From Chloroflexota bacterium (GTDB lineage Bacteria > Chloroflexota > Dehalococcoidia > Lucifugimonadales > JADFKI01), in assembly GCA_027623195.1 (NCBI GenBank), contig JAQBUT010000011.1:6432-70431 (forward strand): a stretch of DNA of 64,000 nt. The letters run 5' to 3'. Positions 22,973-32,479 of the stretch are shown piece by piece (position 1 is the first letter of the stretch; every line of letters starts with the position of its first letter). The translations under genes and the position numbers were made by a program. The notes under the pieces are model-generated. The model saw only the letters and a list, made by a program, of their open reading frames with translations. It was not told where the DNA came from and searched no databases.

Positions 22973-23031
22973 CGTCTCGTCTACCCCTACCCCAACCGTC
23001 CGGAATAGCTAATTCCAAAGAGGTCGTCCCA

Positions 23032-23427
23032 ATGAGCCGCCGCATGGAACGCGTTAATGTACTTGTGCGCCAGGAGATCAGCCAGATCATGTTTGCTGAC
23101 CTCAATGACCCCCGGCTTTCGGGTGTCGTTAGCGTCACTCGCGTGGATACCGCTCCCGACCTGCGTAGCGCCAAGGTGTACATCAGCGTATACGGTGACG
23201 CGGAGGCGAAGAAGCGCAACATGGCGGCGTTAACGTCTGCGGGTGGTTTCATTCACAGAGTGCTGAAACGTAACCTCTCTTCTCTCAAGTACATACCAGT
23301 CCTCTCCTTCGAATTGGACGAGTCAATTGAAAAAGGCGCCGAGATGATTAAGATGATCAACAAGATCGTCCCGGACCTGCCTCCGGAAAATGACCCTGAC
23401 AATCCGCCGGATATTGCGAATGAATAA
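23032..23427 (+). CDS. rbfA: Ribosome-binding factor A
   Basis: RRMERVN, DPRL, DLRSAKVYIS, P-L-F-DES motifs. Confidence 0.94.
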   Translation: MSRRMERVNVLVRQEISQIMFADLNDPRLSGVVSVTRVDTAPDLRSAKVYISVYGDAEAKKRNMAALTSAGGFIHRVLKRNLSSLKYIPVLSFELDESIEKGAEMIKMINKIVPDLPPENDPDNPPDIANE

Positions 23428-24364
23428 GCCCAAATACGACGGCATCATTAATGTGGACAAGCCTTACGGGCTCACGTCCATGGAAGTGGTTCGTCGACTT
23501 AAGCGGGCTAGCGGGCAAAAGCGGGTTGGTCACGGGGGTACATTGGATCCCATAGCCACGGGAGTTATCGCCATATCCTTTGGGCAGGCGACGCGCATGA
23601 TGGAAGACCTCATCAACGGCTCCAAGGGCTACAAAGCTGCCGTTGAATTGGGAGTCATCACGGACACGTACGATGCTCTTGGTGAAGTGGTGGAAACCAG
23701 AGACGCCTCGGCTATTACCTATGCAGATATAGAGAAAGCTGTTGCCGGGTTCATTGGTGTTATTGAGCAGGTCCCGCCCATGTACAGTGCCCTGAAAAAA
23801 GACGGCCGCCGCCTGTACGAGCTCGCACGTGAGGGCCTGGAAGTAGAGCGTGAGGCACGCTCAGTCATGGTGCATGGCATTGACATCGTGGACTGGGATA
23901 GCCCTGTGGTCACTATCGAGGTTTTTTGCGGACGGGGCTTCTATATGCGCTCATTGGCATACGACCTTGGAGACGCGCTGGGCTGTGGCGGTCACATGAA
24001 GAGCCTTGTCCGCCTGAAAAATGGACCCTTTTCCTTGGCCAATTCCCTGTCTCTGGAAGAAGCGGAGCAGAAATTGCAGGATGGCGAATGGCAGGACATA
24101 TTGCACTCGCCGGATGTGGTGCTTTCATCCATGGACGCCGTAGTAGTAGGAAAGCCTACCGAAGACCTGATCCGCAACGGACGCTCGTTGCCTCTTGGCC
24201 TTCGGCTGCCTGGAGGGAAGGCGGATGACCGATGTCGCGCCTATTCCGTCGATGGACGATTTCTTGCAATACTCATCTTCGATTCGACTTCCGGTCAGTG
24301 GCGCCCAGACAAGGTTTTCGCATTGGAGTACGCTCAACCAGAAGGTGTGCCGCAATTCTCTTGA
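23420..24364 (+). CDS. truB: tRNA pseudouridine(55) synthase
   Basis: DKPYGLTS, VGHGGTLDPIATG, QVPPMYSALKKDGRRLYELAR. Confidence 0.95.
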   Translation: MNKPKYDGIINVDKPYGLTSMEVVRRLKRASGQKRVGHGGTLDPIATGVIAISFGQATRMMEDLINGSKGYKAAVELGVITDTYDALGEVVETRDASAITYADIEKAVAGFIGVIEQVPPMYSALKKDGRRLYELAREGLEVEREARSVMVHGIDIVDWDSPVVTIEVFCGRGFYMRSLAYDLGDALGCGGHMKSLVRLKNGPFSLANSLSLEEAEQKLQDGEWQDILHSPDVVLSSMDAVVVGKPTEDLIRNGRSLPLGLRLPGGKADDRCRAYSVDGRFLAILIFDSTSGQWRPDKVFALEYAQPEGVPQFS

Positions 24365-24410
24365 CCACGAAGCTCCCAGCGTCCTAAAATGTGTTGCTGA
24401 GGTATTTAAT

Positions 24411-24728
24411 ATGGTTACATACGCAATAGTACAAACTGGCGGTAAGCAATACCGCGTTCACACGGGGGAAACCGTACGTGTGGAGTCTTTGCCAGGCGAT
24501 GAGGGTGACCTGATCGAATTGGAAGACGTTCGCATGGTTTCAAACGAAGGTGATGTCAAGCTTGGCTCTCCCTCCATTGCTGGCGCTAAAGTAACGGTTG
24601 AAATTGTTGGCAATGGTCGAGGCAAGAAGGTCATCGTTTTCAAGTACAAGGCCAAGACGCGTTATCGTCGTAAGAACGGCCACCGGCAAAACTACACCGA
24701 AATCAAGGTAACTGACATCTCACTGTAG
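24411..24728 (+). CDS. rplU: 50S ribosomal protein L21
   Basis: [35 protein letters not shown]. Confidence 0.96.
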   Translation: MVTYAIVQTGGKQYRVHTGETVRVESLPGDEGDLIELEDVRMVSNEGDVKLGSPSIAGAKVTVEIVGNGRGKKVIVFKYKAKTRYRRKNGHRQNYTEIKVTDISL

Positions 24729-24754
24729 TAGATGATGTAAAGACGAGGTTTTTC

Positions 24755-25009
24755 ATGGCTCACAAAAAAGGTGGCGGAAGTACCAAGAACGGTAGAGATA
24801 GCAATGCAAAGCGGTTGGGCGTAAAGCGCTACGATACTGAAATAGTAACCGCTGGTTCGATTCTAGTGCGTCAGCGCGGGACCAAAATTCGCCCAGGTAA
24901 TAACGTGGGCGTCGGACGGGACCATACGCTGTTTGCGCTGATCGACGGTTCAGTAAAGTTCGAGCATGCGACGCGCGACCGTAAGAAGGCCAGCGTCTAC
25001 CCCGTCTAG
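24755..25009 (+). CDS. rpmA: 50S ribosomal protein L27
   Basis: [30 protein letters not shown]. Confidence 0.97.
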   Translation: MAHKKGGGSTKNGRDSNAKRLGVKRYDTEIVTAGSILVRQRGTKIRPGNNVGVGRDHTLFALIDGSVKFEHATRDRKKASVYPV

Positions 25010-25022
25010 AGAGGACAATCCA

Positions 25023-25229
25023 TTGAAAGCAGACATACATCCCGAATATCACGCTGAGGCGTTGGTGACCTGCTCATGCGGGTCTACCTACACCACAGGC
25101 TCAACTAAGCCCACTCTCCGGGTCGAAATTTGCAATATGTGCCATCCCTTCTTCACGGGAGAGCAGCGAATCGTCGACACCGAGGGTCGAGTTGAAAGAC
25201 TGAGGCGCAGGTTCAACCTGGGGCAGTAA
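25023..25229 (+). CDS. rpmE: 50S ribosomal protein L31 (Zn-binding type)
   Basis: TTG start after GAGGA; [30 protein letters not shown]. Confidence 0.95.
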   Translation: MKADIHPEYHAEALVTCSCGSTYTTGSTKPTLRVEICNMCHPFFTGEQRIVDTEGRVERLRRRFNLGQ

Positions 25230-25254
25230 CAGAAAATTTTATCATAAAAAGTAG

Positions 25255-25286
25255 ACAGGGGTGGGCTAGCCAACCCCTGTTTTTTT
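25255..25286 (+). terminator. Intrinsic terminator after rpmE
   Basis: ACAGGGGT...ACCCCTGT stem plus T-run. Confidence 0.75.
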
Positions 25287-25401
25287 ATTCCTATTATTGG
25301 CTAGAATCATTTCCAGGAATATCTCGTCCATGGGTGCGAGGCCTGATTCGGACGTGCCTGCATCCAAAAATTAGTATCCATTAAGGCGTTAGCGATAACT
25401 T

Positions 25402-26298
25402 ATGAGTGCTCAACAGGGACACACCTATGGAGGACAGGCCGTCATCGAGGGCGTGATGATTCGCGGTCAAAAGAATATGGCTGTCGCAGTGCGCCGCCAC
25501 GATGGGTCCATAGCCGTGCAGTGCCTGCCGCTTAGCGCATTCTTTACCGGTAATCTGCGGCGCATCCCCCTGGTGCGTGGGATTATCACTCTAGCCGAAA
25601 CTTTGACGCTTGGTATGCGCGCGTTGAGTTACTCGGCCAACGTCGGCATGGAATCGGAAGGCGAGGAGATAGGCAAAGGGTCCATCGCGCTAATGATGGT
25701 GCTGTCCTTAACCATTGCCATTGGTCTATTCTTTTTACTGCCATTAGCGGCAAGCTGGTTTTTAGAAGGCGTCCTCGGTTCCAGTCTCGCTGCCAACGTG
25801 GCCGAGGGAGTTATACGGCTGGCTCTCTTTGTCGGGTACATACTGCTCATCGGTCAGATGAACGACATCAAACGTGTGTTCATGTACCACGGCGCAGAAC
25901 ACATGACCGTGCATGCTCAGGAGCGGGGCGATCCCCTGGAGGTGGAGTATATCCGCAAGTATTCCACGGCTCATCCACGTTGCGGTACAGCGTTTCTGCT
26001 AGTGGTAATGGTGCTTGCCATAGTGGCGTTCATTTTCGTGGGTAGGGAGCCGCTATGGTGGCTTTTCACGTCCAGGGTAGTCCTCATACCGGTCATAGCA
26101 TCGGTAAGCTACGAGGTAATCAGGTGGAGCGGTCGCTACTCTGGGAATTCTCTGGTTGGGCTGATCACCGGGCCAAGCCTGGCGTTGCAAGCTCTCACCA
26201 CGAAGGAGCCGGACGACGATCAGATCGAGATAGCAATCGCGGCTATGAACAGCGCTCTTGAGGCCGATAGAGGGGTTTCACCGACGGCCTCAGAATAA
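25402..26298 (+). CDS. DUF1385 family membrane protein
   Basis: GGQAVIEGVMIR, FMYHGAEH, HPRCGTAF and TTKEPDD motifs. Confidence 0.9.
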   Translation: MSAQQGHTYGGQAVIEGVMIRGQKNMAVAVRRHDGSIAVQCLPLSAFFTGNLRRIPLVRGIITLAETLTLGMRALSYSANVGMESEGEEIGKGSIALMMVLSLTIAIGLFFLLPLAASWFLEGVLGSSLAANVAEGVIRLALFVGYILLIGQMNDIKRVFMYHGAEHMTVHAQERGDPLEVEYIRKYSTAHPRCGTAFLLVVMVLAIVAFIFVGREPLWWLFTSRVVLIPVIASVSYEVIRWSGRYSGNSLVGLITGPSLALQALTTKEPDDDQIEIAIAAMNSALEADRGVSPTASE

Positions 26299-26328
26299 GG
26301 CTGGAGGCCGGCAGTCCTGCCTAACAGG

Positions 26329-26949
26329 CTATCCCTGACGCTGGCGAAGCTCCGCCCACACGTCTTTCGGGGGAACTCCGTTGGCTGATAACAGCACCAT
26401 GACGTGATAGAGAAGGTCTGCGGTTTCCCTTACCAGGTGTTCCTTATCCCCAGTCATGCCAGCGAGGGCCGTCTCTCCGCCCTCTTCGATAACCTTCTGG
26501 CTGATGCGCTCCATGCCGTCCTGGAATAGCTTGGTTGTGTAGCTACCCTCTGGCATGGCCTCTTTTCGGTCCTGTATAACGGCGAACAGGTCTTCCAAAA
26601 CTCCGGGTCCAGTCTCTTCGCGGAAGAAATCTGGTTGCTCGCTCAGGTCAGTGAAGAAGCAAGTAGGGTTTCCCGTGTGGCAAATGGGGCCGTCGGGCTC
26701 AACCTTCAGGATAATCGTGTCGCCGTCGCAGTCCACAGAGGCCGACTTTACACGCATGTAGTTTCCCGAAACTTCGCCCTTATGCCACAGTTCAGACCGG
26801 CTGCGGCTGTAGAACCAGACCTCGCCGCCCTCCAAAGTACGTTTGAGGGAGCCAGGGTTCATGTAGCCCAGCATTAGCACGTCTCCGGTGTTAACGTCCT
26901 GCGCTATGGCCGGCACCAGGCCTTTTTCGTCTAGTTTCACGTCTACCAT
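26329..26949 (-). CDS. hisIE: Bifunctional phosphoribosyl-AMP cyclohydrolase / phosphoribosyl-ATP pyrophosphatase
   Basis: YSRSRSELWHKGE, DCDGD, CHTGNPTCF, SYTTKL, KVIEE, ETADLLYH. Confidence 0.95.
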   Translation of the reverse strand: MVDVKLDEKGLVPAIAQDVNTGDVLMLGYMNPGSLKRTLEGGEVWFYSRSRSELWHKGEVSGNYMRVKSASVDCDGDTIILKVEPDGPICHTGNPTCFFTDLSEQPDFFREETGPGVLEDLFAVIQDRKEAMPEGSYTTKLFQDGMERISQKVIEEGGETALAGMTGDKEHLVRETADLLYHVMVLLSANGVPPKDVWAELRQRQG

Positions 26950-26968
26950 GCGTCACCTGTAAGAGAAC

Positions 26969-27799
26969 TCATGCCTTGGGTTTGCCCCGTATCGGCATAC
27001 CGTTCTTTGCTAGATATTCCTTGACTTCCCCAATGGGATGGGTGCCGTAGTGAAATATGCTGGCGGCCAACACGGCATCGGCTTTGCCCTCGTCCAGCGC
27101 CTCCAACAGATGTTGGGGGTTCCCTGCCCCGCCACTGGCGATCACTGGGATTGTCACGCCCTCTGAGATTGTCCGGAGCAATTCCAGGTCGTAGCCTGTG
27201 AGTTGCCCGTCGGTATCCATACTGGTTACGAGCAGCTCGCCTGCGCCCAGGTCCGCGGACCTCTTGGCCCATTTCACGGCATCAATGCCCATAGGGGTGC
27301 GTCCCCCGTGGGTGTATACCTGCCACCTGGAAGTCTCGTCAAGCGCGAGGTCCGGGTCGACGCCTGGTTTGGGGTGCCCCAGGCTGTCCTCGTCGGTGCA
27401 ACCCTTGGCGTCTATCGCTACCACAATGCACTGAGATCCGAAAAAGTCGGCAGCATCTGCTATGAGCTGTGGATTTTCGATAGCCGCCGTATTCAGCGAT
27501 GTCTTGTCGGCCCCCGCTTCCAGCATGCGGCGAATGTCTGCGACGCTGCGCAGGCCGCCCCCGACCGTAAGCGGTATAAAGACCTGCTCAGACACCTGCT
27601 TTACCACTTCTATCATGATGTCGCGGGCGTCGGCGCTGGCCGTGATATCGAGGAAGACCAGTTCGTCAGCGCCCTCTTTGTCGTAGAAGGCAGCTAACTC
27701 TTTTGGGTCGCCTGCGTCCCTTATGTCGACGAAGCTGACGCCCTTCACCACCCTTCCCCTGTCAACATCAAGACACGGGATGATCCGCTTGGTTAGCAT
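26969..27799 (-). CDS. hisF: Imidazole glycerol phosphate synthase cyclase subunit
   Basis: [41 protein letters not shown]. Confidence 0.96.
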   Translation of the reverse strand: MLTKRIIPCLDVDRGRVVKGVSFVDIRDAGDPKELAAFYDKEGADELVFLDITASADARDIMIEVVKQVSEQVFIPLTVGGGLRSVADIRRMLEAGADKTSLNTAAIENPQLIADAADFFGSQCIVVAIDAKGCTDEDSLGHPKPGVDPDLALDETSRWQVYTHGGRTPMGIDAVKWAKRSADLGAGELLVTSMDTDGQLTGYDLELLRTISEGVTIPVIASGGAGNPQHLLEALDEGKADAVLAASIFHYGTHPIGEVKEYLAKNGMPIRGKPKA

Positions 27800-27806
27800 G
27801 AGTACC

Positions 27807-28361
27807 TTACTTGCGCATAATCAGCATGTACTGATTGTCGTTCAGGCTGTGCCGTGAAGTCAGGCGGAATCCAACATCCTGTGCCATCTTCAGAAGGTCG
27901 GCTTCGCTAAGTCGCTGGCGGAGTGGCGGTCCTGCATTTCTGTCCATCTTGTTCCACTCGATCAACGTAAGCCAGGCACCACGGTGCATACATCGAAGGG
28001 CCTCTTGCAAAAGCCCTTTGGAGTCCTTGGACTCCGCAACGGAAAATGCCGCAAACGCCCCGTCCAAGGAATCATCATCAATAGGTAGTTTGCCGTCCTG
28101 AGATAGCCTGGTTTCAGTATTCGTGAGGTTGATTTTTTTGATCTGTTCCGCAGTAGCGTTCAGCATTTCCTGGTCTTCATCCACGGCGTAAACCTTGCCG
28201 CTGAATACGTACTTGGCAAAAGGCACAGTGAAGTAGCCCGAGCCGCAGCCAATGTCCACGATGGACTGGTAAGGCAGCATAGGAAGGATTGCCAGCACCC
28301 TCTGAGGATCGATCTCTTGGTAATGTGTGGTTATAGTTGCTACGCTCTTGTCTTCCGGCAT
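27807..28361 (-). CDS. Class I SAM-dependent methyltransferase, possible independent internal start
   Basis: AAGAGGT SD upstream of in-frame ATG 28361 (MPEDKS...); motif I VDIGCGSG; C-terminal GPPxxxR. Confidence 0.55.
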   Translation of the reverse strand: MPEDKSVATITTHYQEIDPQRVLAILPMLPYQSIVDIGCGSGYFTVPFAKYVFSGKVYAVDEDQEMLNATAEQIKKINLTNTETRLSQDGKLPIDDDSLDGAFAAFSVAESKDSKGLLQEALRCMHRGAWLTLIEWNKMDRNAGPPLRQRLSEADLLKMAQDVGFRLTSRHSLNDNQYMLIMRK

Positions 28362-29111
28362 TAACACGTACCTCTTATTCAGTTTGTGTCCTACATTATT
28401 CAGGGCTTCGATAGCTGTGGTCAACGAGATGTCACCCGTATAAAGCGCGGTCCCCACTACGGCTCCCTCTACCCCAATGGAGGCGAGTCGCAGTATGTGG
28501 TCGCACGTGGATATGCCTCCAGCAGCTATTAGACTGACCACCTGTTGTGCAATGAGCTGCTCGATGGCCTGGAAATTGGGCTCCGTAAGCGTTCCATCCC
28601 GCGAGATGTCTGTGTATAAGAAGCGGGTTACGCCTCTTTCGCCCATCTCTTTTATCACGTCGGACGCCATAACCTGACTGCTTTCGGTCCATCCACGAAG
28701 GGCCACGAGGCCGTCCTTAGCGTCCACGGTGACGATAATCCTATCAGACCCCAGGCTCTGCACCAGGCCCTTTATGAGCTCTGGATCATCTATGGCAGCG
28801 GTGCCTACCATGATACGCGCTGCCCCTGCGGATACCAGTTCCTCCGCCGATTCTCTGGTGCGCACCCCGCCCCCTACTTGGACAGGCACCTTGACGGATG
28901 AAGCAATGGCTCGTATCACATCCAGGTTTGCGGGCTTACCATCTTTCGCGCCGTCCAGGTCCACCACATGCAGCCTGGTCGCGCCCATTTCCACCCACCG
29001 GTTCGCCATCTCGGTCGGGTCGTCTGAGTATACCGTTTCGCGGGCGTAATCTCCCTGGTAAAGACGGACGCACTTGCCACCTCGCAGGTCTATGGCAGGA
29101 ATTATCTCCAT
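27807..29111 (-). CDS. hisA: HisA (ProFAR isomerase, about aa 1-238) in frame with a C-terminal class I SAM-dependent methyltransferase domain
   Basis: [44 protein letters not shown]; then DIGCGSGYF; no stop between the domains. Confidence 0.88.
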   Translation of the reverse strand: MEIIPAIDLRGGKCVRLYQGDYARETVYSDDPTEMANRWVEMGATRLHVVDLDGAKDGKPANLDVIRAIASSVKVPVQVGGGVRTRESAEELVSAGAARIMVGTAAIDDPELIKGLVQSLGSDRIIVTVDAKDGLVALRGWTESSQVMASDVIKEMGERGVTRFLYTDISRDGTLTEPNFQAIEQLIAQQVVSLIAAGGISTCDHILRLASIGVEGAVVGTALYTGDISLTTAIEALNNVGHKLNKRYVLMPEDKSVATITTHYQEIDPQRVLAILPMLPYQSIVDIGCGSGYFTVPFAKYVFSGKVYAVDEDQEMLNATAEQIKKINLTNTETRLSQDGKLPIDDDSLDGAFAAFSVAESKDSKGLLQEALRCMHRGAWLTLIEWNKMDRNAGPPLRQRLSEADLLKMAQDVGFRLTSRHSLNDNQYMLIMRK

Positions 29112-29746
29112 ACGCCGGCCGCTTTAGTCTGCTCTACCAGTTTAACGAAATTTTCGTAAATGATAAGGCCAACATCGCCGCTCTTTTCAGGATGGAACTG
29201 AACCGCCGTCACGTTGTCCCAGGCGACGGCGCTGCAAAAGTTCATTCCGTAGTCGGTGGTTCCGGCGATAACGGACTCATCTTCAGGGTCTGCATAATAA
29301 CTATGCACGAAATAGAAGTAAGAACCGGCAGGAATGCCTTTTAGGACCGGGTGGTCCAGTTTGAAATCCACCTGGTTCCAGCCCATGTGCGGTATCTTCT
29401 GTCCAGCCGGTAGCCTGCGTACCCTGCCCTTCAAGATTCCGAGACAGGCCTCGTCCCCTTCGTCAGACTCCTCAAGCAGAAGCTGTAAACCCAGGCATAC
29501 GCCCAGGAACGGCTTTCCGCTGAGAATAGATTCCTTGATGGGCCCCTCAAGGCCCAACTCGCGAATGTGTCGCATGGACGAATCGCACGCGCCCTGGCCT
29601 GGGAAGACAACACCGTCTGCCTGCCTGATGGCTTCGGGGTCCGAAGTCGCGATCGCTGCCGCGCCACATTTCTCCAGCGCCTTCTGCACGCTGCGAAGGT
29701 TTCCCGCCTGGTAGTCTACTATGGCGATTTGGGGCCTGTTCTCCAA
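29102..29746 (-). CDS. hisH: Imidazole glycerol phosphate synthase glutaminase subunit
   Basis: VDYQAGNLRSV, GVCLGLQ, PHMGWN, YFVHSY, QFHPEKSG. Confidence 0.96.
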   Translation of the reverse strand: MENRPQIAIVDYQAGNLRSVQKALEKCGAAAIATSDPEAIRQADGVVFPGQGACDSSMRHIRELGLEGPIKESILSGKPFLGVCLGLQLLLEESDEGDEACLGILKGRVRRLPAGQKIPHMGWNQVDFKLDHPVLKGIPAGSYFYFVHSYYADPEDESVIAGTTDYGMNFCSAVAWDNVTAVQFHPEKSGDVGLIIYENFVKLVEQTKAAGVWR

Positions 29747-29747
29747 T

Positions 29748-30314
29748 CTAGTCTGCCTTTACACGGGTGCCGGTTACGATCTCCATGGGTAGGTCTCTGT
29801 CAACATACCTGGCCATCATGAACAGAAGGTCTGCCAGTCGATTGACGTATCGAAGTATCTCGGGGTTGGGGAGTTGGCCTGCCTGGTCCAAGGCGACAAC
29901 ACGCCGTTCGGCACCTCGGAGGGCGCTCCTCGCCAGATCCAGCGCACCGGAAGTCGGCGAAGCGCCGGGTATGATGAAATTCGGTGGTAGCTCAACCTCA
30001 GATCCCAGTTCGTCTATCCAGACTTCAAGCTGATCCACGTTGGCAGAAGTTATGCCCTCGAACGTCGATGTGTACTTCTCATAATTCTCGATGCCCGTCG
30101 CCAACTCTCCGCTGAGAGTGAACATCTCTCGTTGGAGCTGAAGAATCATTTCCTGGACACGGGGCTCTGTCGCCAACGCCCGCGCGAATCCCATGGCAGA
30201 GGTGGCGAAGTCGGCCTCACCGTATGCAACGCACCTGGGATCGGTTTTGGACACCCTTCCACCGAACAGCAGGCCGGTCGTTCCATCGTCGCCCGACTTG
30301 GTGTAAATCTTCAT
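29748..30314 (-). CDS. pduO: ATP:cob(I)alamin adenosyltransferase, PduO type
   Basis: MKIYTKSGDDGTT, FIIPG, RGAERR, YVNRLADLLF-AR. Confidence 0.88.
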   Translation of the reverse strand: MKIYTKSGDDGTTGLLFGGRVSKTDPRCVAYGEADFATSAMGFARALATEPRVQEMILQLQREMFTLSGELATGIENYEKYTSTFEGITSANVDQLEVWIDELGSEVELPPNFIIPGASPTSGALDLARSALRGAERRVVALDQAGQLPNPEILRYVNRLADLLFMMARYVDRDLPMEIVTGTRVKAD

Positions 30315-30412
30315 TTATTTCGACCTCCGGTACTGGTGGCATTATATCAGCTACGGGTATGGCCGGACAGGGATTTGGGTGCGCTTCCGAATGGGTAAAC
30401 GGCTATAACAGA

Positions 30413-30447
30413 ATCGACCCGACGATATGTGTGTTCGTCGGGTCGAT
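30413..30447 (-). terminator. Strong hairpin downstream of hsp20 (likely terminator)
   Basis: ATCGACCCGACGA-N9-TCGTCGGGTCGAT perfect 13-bp inverted repeat; weak U-tract. Confidence 0.55.
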
Positions 30448-30505
30448 GGCTAGGACGTGGCGCTTCCAGATTAGCCAGGGCGCCTTCCAGGCTTAAAGGC
30501 TGACG

Positions 30506-30943
30506 TTATGCGACCTTGATCTCCAGGCGCTTGGCCTTTTTGGCCTCAGCCTTGGGGAAGGTAATCGTGAGCACACCGTCCGCGTATACGGTCTCTACCT
30601 TCTCGGTATCAACGGTGTCAGGTAGTCGGATGGCACGATAGAAGTTGCCGGCCCTACGCTCGCGTAGCAGGTACTTATCACCACGTTCCTCGTGCTTCTC
30701 TTTCGTTTCGCCTTTTATGGTCAGGAGATCGTCTTCCACGGTTACGTTAATATCCTCGGCCTTGATGCCTGGTAGCGTAGCCTTTACCAGTATCTTGTCG
30801 TCCTCGGCGACCACATCCAGCGGCACGGCCCATCGTTCTATGTCCGCATCCGCAAGTCCGTCGCCATTGGAACGCCAGGTCCGATTGAACGCTTCGTCTA
30901 GCTTTCGCATCTCCTTGAACGGATCCCATCTCATCATGACCAT
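30506..30943 (-). CDS. Hsp20/alpha-crystallin family small heat shock protein
   Basis: RWDPF, LPGIKAEDI, LTIKGE, ERRAGNFYR, DGVLTITFPK. Confidence 0.94.
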   Translation of the reverse strand: MVMMRWDPFKEMRKLDEAFNRTWRSNGDGLADADIERWAVPLDVVAEDDKILVKATLPGIKAEDINVTVEDDLLTIKGETKEKHEERGDKYLLRERRAGNFYRAIRLPDTVDTEKVETVYADGVLTITFPKAEAKKAKRLEIKVA

Positions 30944-31016
30944 GACATTCTCCTCTCCACTTATTACTTGTTGCCTCTACTGATGATTGGGCGATCATTC
31001 GTCACCCTTCATGACA

Positions 31017-31104
31017 ATTATAATTAGTATGCTTTTAACTTATCAAGAAACTTATAGAAAATAAAAGAAGTTATGTTGTTGGGTCACATAATATATGCTA
31101 AAAT
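31017..31104. promoter_or_regulatory. Divergent hsp20/cbpA promoters with candidate HspR operators
   Basis: Minus TTGATA-N18-TATAAT (31046-31017); plus TGnTAAAAT (31096-31104); dyads TTAGT-N9-ACTTA (31024-31042) and TTATGT-N9-ACATAA (31071-31091). Confidence 0.45.
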
Positions 31105-31113
31105 CAATTTGCT

Positions 31114-32013
31114 ATGCCAACAAACTATTACGACATACTGGGCGTTTCTAGAAACGCCGACCAAAAAGAGATAAAGCAGGCCTACAGAAAGTTGGCCCGC
31201 AAGTATCACCCTGACCTTAATTCCGGCGACAAAGAGGCCGAGAAGAAGTTCAAGGAGATCAACGAGGCCAATGAGGTGCTGTCGGACCCAGAAAAACGCA
31301 CCAAGTATGATCGCTATGGTGACAACTGGAAGCACGCGGAAAGGGTCCAGCAGTCGGCAAATGGTGCGCCATTCAGGTGGTCCAGTGGGGGAGGGTCTTT
31401 CCAGGATGCCGACTTCAGCTCCTTTGGCAACATGGAGGACCTGATGGGTGGCATGGGCGGGGTCTTCAGTGGCGGTCGCCGCAGGCCCGCACCCAGGCCC
31501 CATGTTGATGTAGCTGTGGAAGTATCGCTTGAGGAGGCGTTTTCCGGCACTAAACGTCAGGTATCCATGCCTTCCGGAACCGGCAGCCGTCGTATCGAGG
31601 TGTCGATTCCTGCAGGCGTCAAGACGGGTTCGAGGGTTCACATCGCTGTCGACAAAAATACGCAACTGTTCCTTCGAATAACGGTGAATGCGCATCCCAT
31701 ATTCCAGCGGGAGGGCAACGACCTCTATACCGACGTTAGCATACCGTTTGAGGACGCTATTCTAGGTGGTGACGTCGATGTACGGACACTAAAAGGGAAG
31801 GTTCGCCTGAAGGTGGCACCTGACAGTCAGGGTGGTCAGAAGATTCGTCTGGCAGGGCAAGGCATGCCTGTCCTGAATGACATCAAGACTCGCGGCGACC
31901 TTTATGTGACTCTTCGCCCTACCCTGCCCAAAGGCATTACAGACGAAGAGCGAGAGCTTCTGGTGAAGTTCAAGGCCTTGCGCGCTGAGGTTGAAGCGGT
32001 GGAGGCGGAGTAA
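31114..32013 (+). CDS. cbpA: DnaJ-class chaperone lacking the Zn finger (CbpA-like)
   Basis: J domain with HPD, G/F-rich linker and DnaJ C domain; no CxxCxGxG repeats. Confidence 0.85.
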   Translation: MPTNYYDILGVSRNADQKEIKQAYRKLARKYHPDLNSGDKEAEKKFKEINEANEVLSDPEKRTKYDRYGDNWKHAERVQQSANGAPFRWSSGGGSFQDADFSSFGNMEDLMGGMGGVFSGGRRRPAPRPHVDVAVEVSLEEAFSGTKRQVSMPSGTGSRRIEVSIPAGVKTGSRVHIAVDKNTQLFLRITVNAHPIFQREGNDLYTDVSIPFEDAILGGDVDVRTLKGKVRLKVAPDSQGGQKIRLAGQGMPVLNDIKTRGDLYVTLRPTLPKGITDEERELLVKFKALRAEVEAVEAE

Positions 32014-32019
32014 TCGATT

Positions 32020-32346
32020 ATGGCGACAGACGAAATGTTTGGCCATGAAGAGCCAATATTTATCATAAGCGTAGCTGCACGCATGCTGGGCGTACGAACG
32101 CAAACGCTGCGCTACTACGAGCGTCTTGGACTTATCGAACCAGATCGCACTCAAGGCAACCAGCGGATTTTCTCTCGCAGCGACATTGAGCGAGTGCAGC
32201 GCATACGGAGCCTGATGGAAGAGCTGGGTGTGAACCTCGCCGGTGTTGAGGTTGTGCTGAAGCTTCTGGCGCGGCTGCAGACCGCAGAGGACGAAATTCA
32301 GGCGCTGAAGGACCAGAACCAGCGGCTCAAGGAACGCATTTCCTAG
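32020..32346 (+). CDS. hspR: MerR-family heat-shock repressor HspR
   Basis: ISVAARMLG--TQTLRYYERLGLIEP-RT-GN-R, ELGVNLAGVEVVL; directly downstream of the dnaJ homolog. Confidence 0.85.
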   Translation: MATDEMFGHEEPIFIISVAARMLGVRTQTLRYYERLGLIEPDRTQGNQRIFSRSDIERVQRIRSLMEELGVNLAGVEVVLKLLARLQTAEDEIQALKDQNQRLKERIS

Positions 32347-32413
32347 CGCCGATTTCGCCAACATTCGTCGTCTAAGAATAGGCCCGTTATTGACTAAGAG
32401 GGGCCATTCACCA

Positions 32414-32442
32414 GAATGTCATTCCTAGGCGGAATGACATTC
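32414..32442. repeat. Perfect 12-bp inverted repeat (REP-like GTCATTCC...GGAATGAC)
   Basis: GAATGTCATTCC-TAGGC-GGAATGACATTC between convergent genes. Confidence 0.6.
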
Positions 32443-32479
32443 AACATCGTTTTTATGCAAATCTGAATCAAGTAAATAA

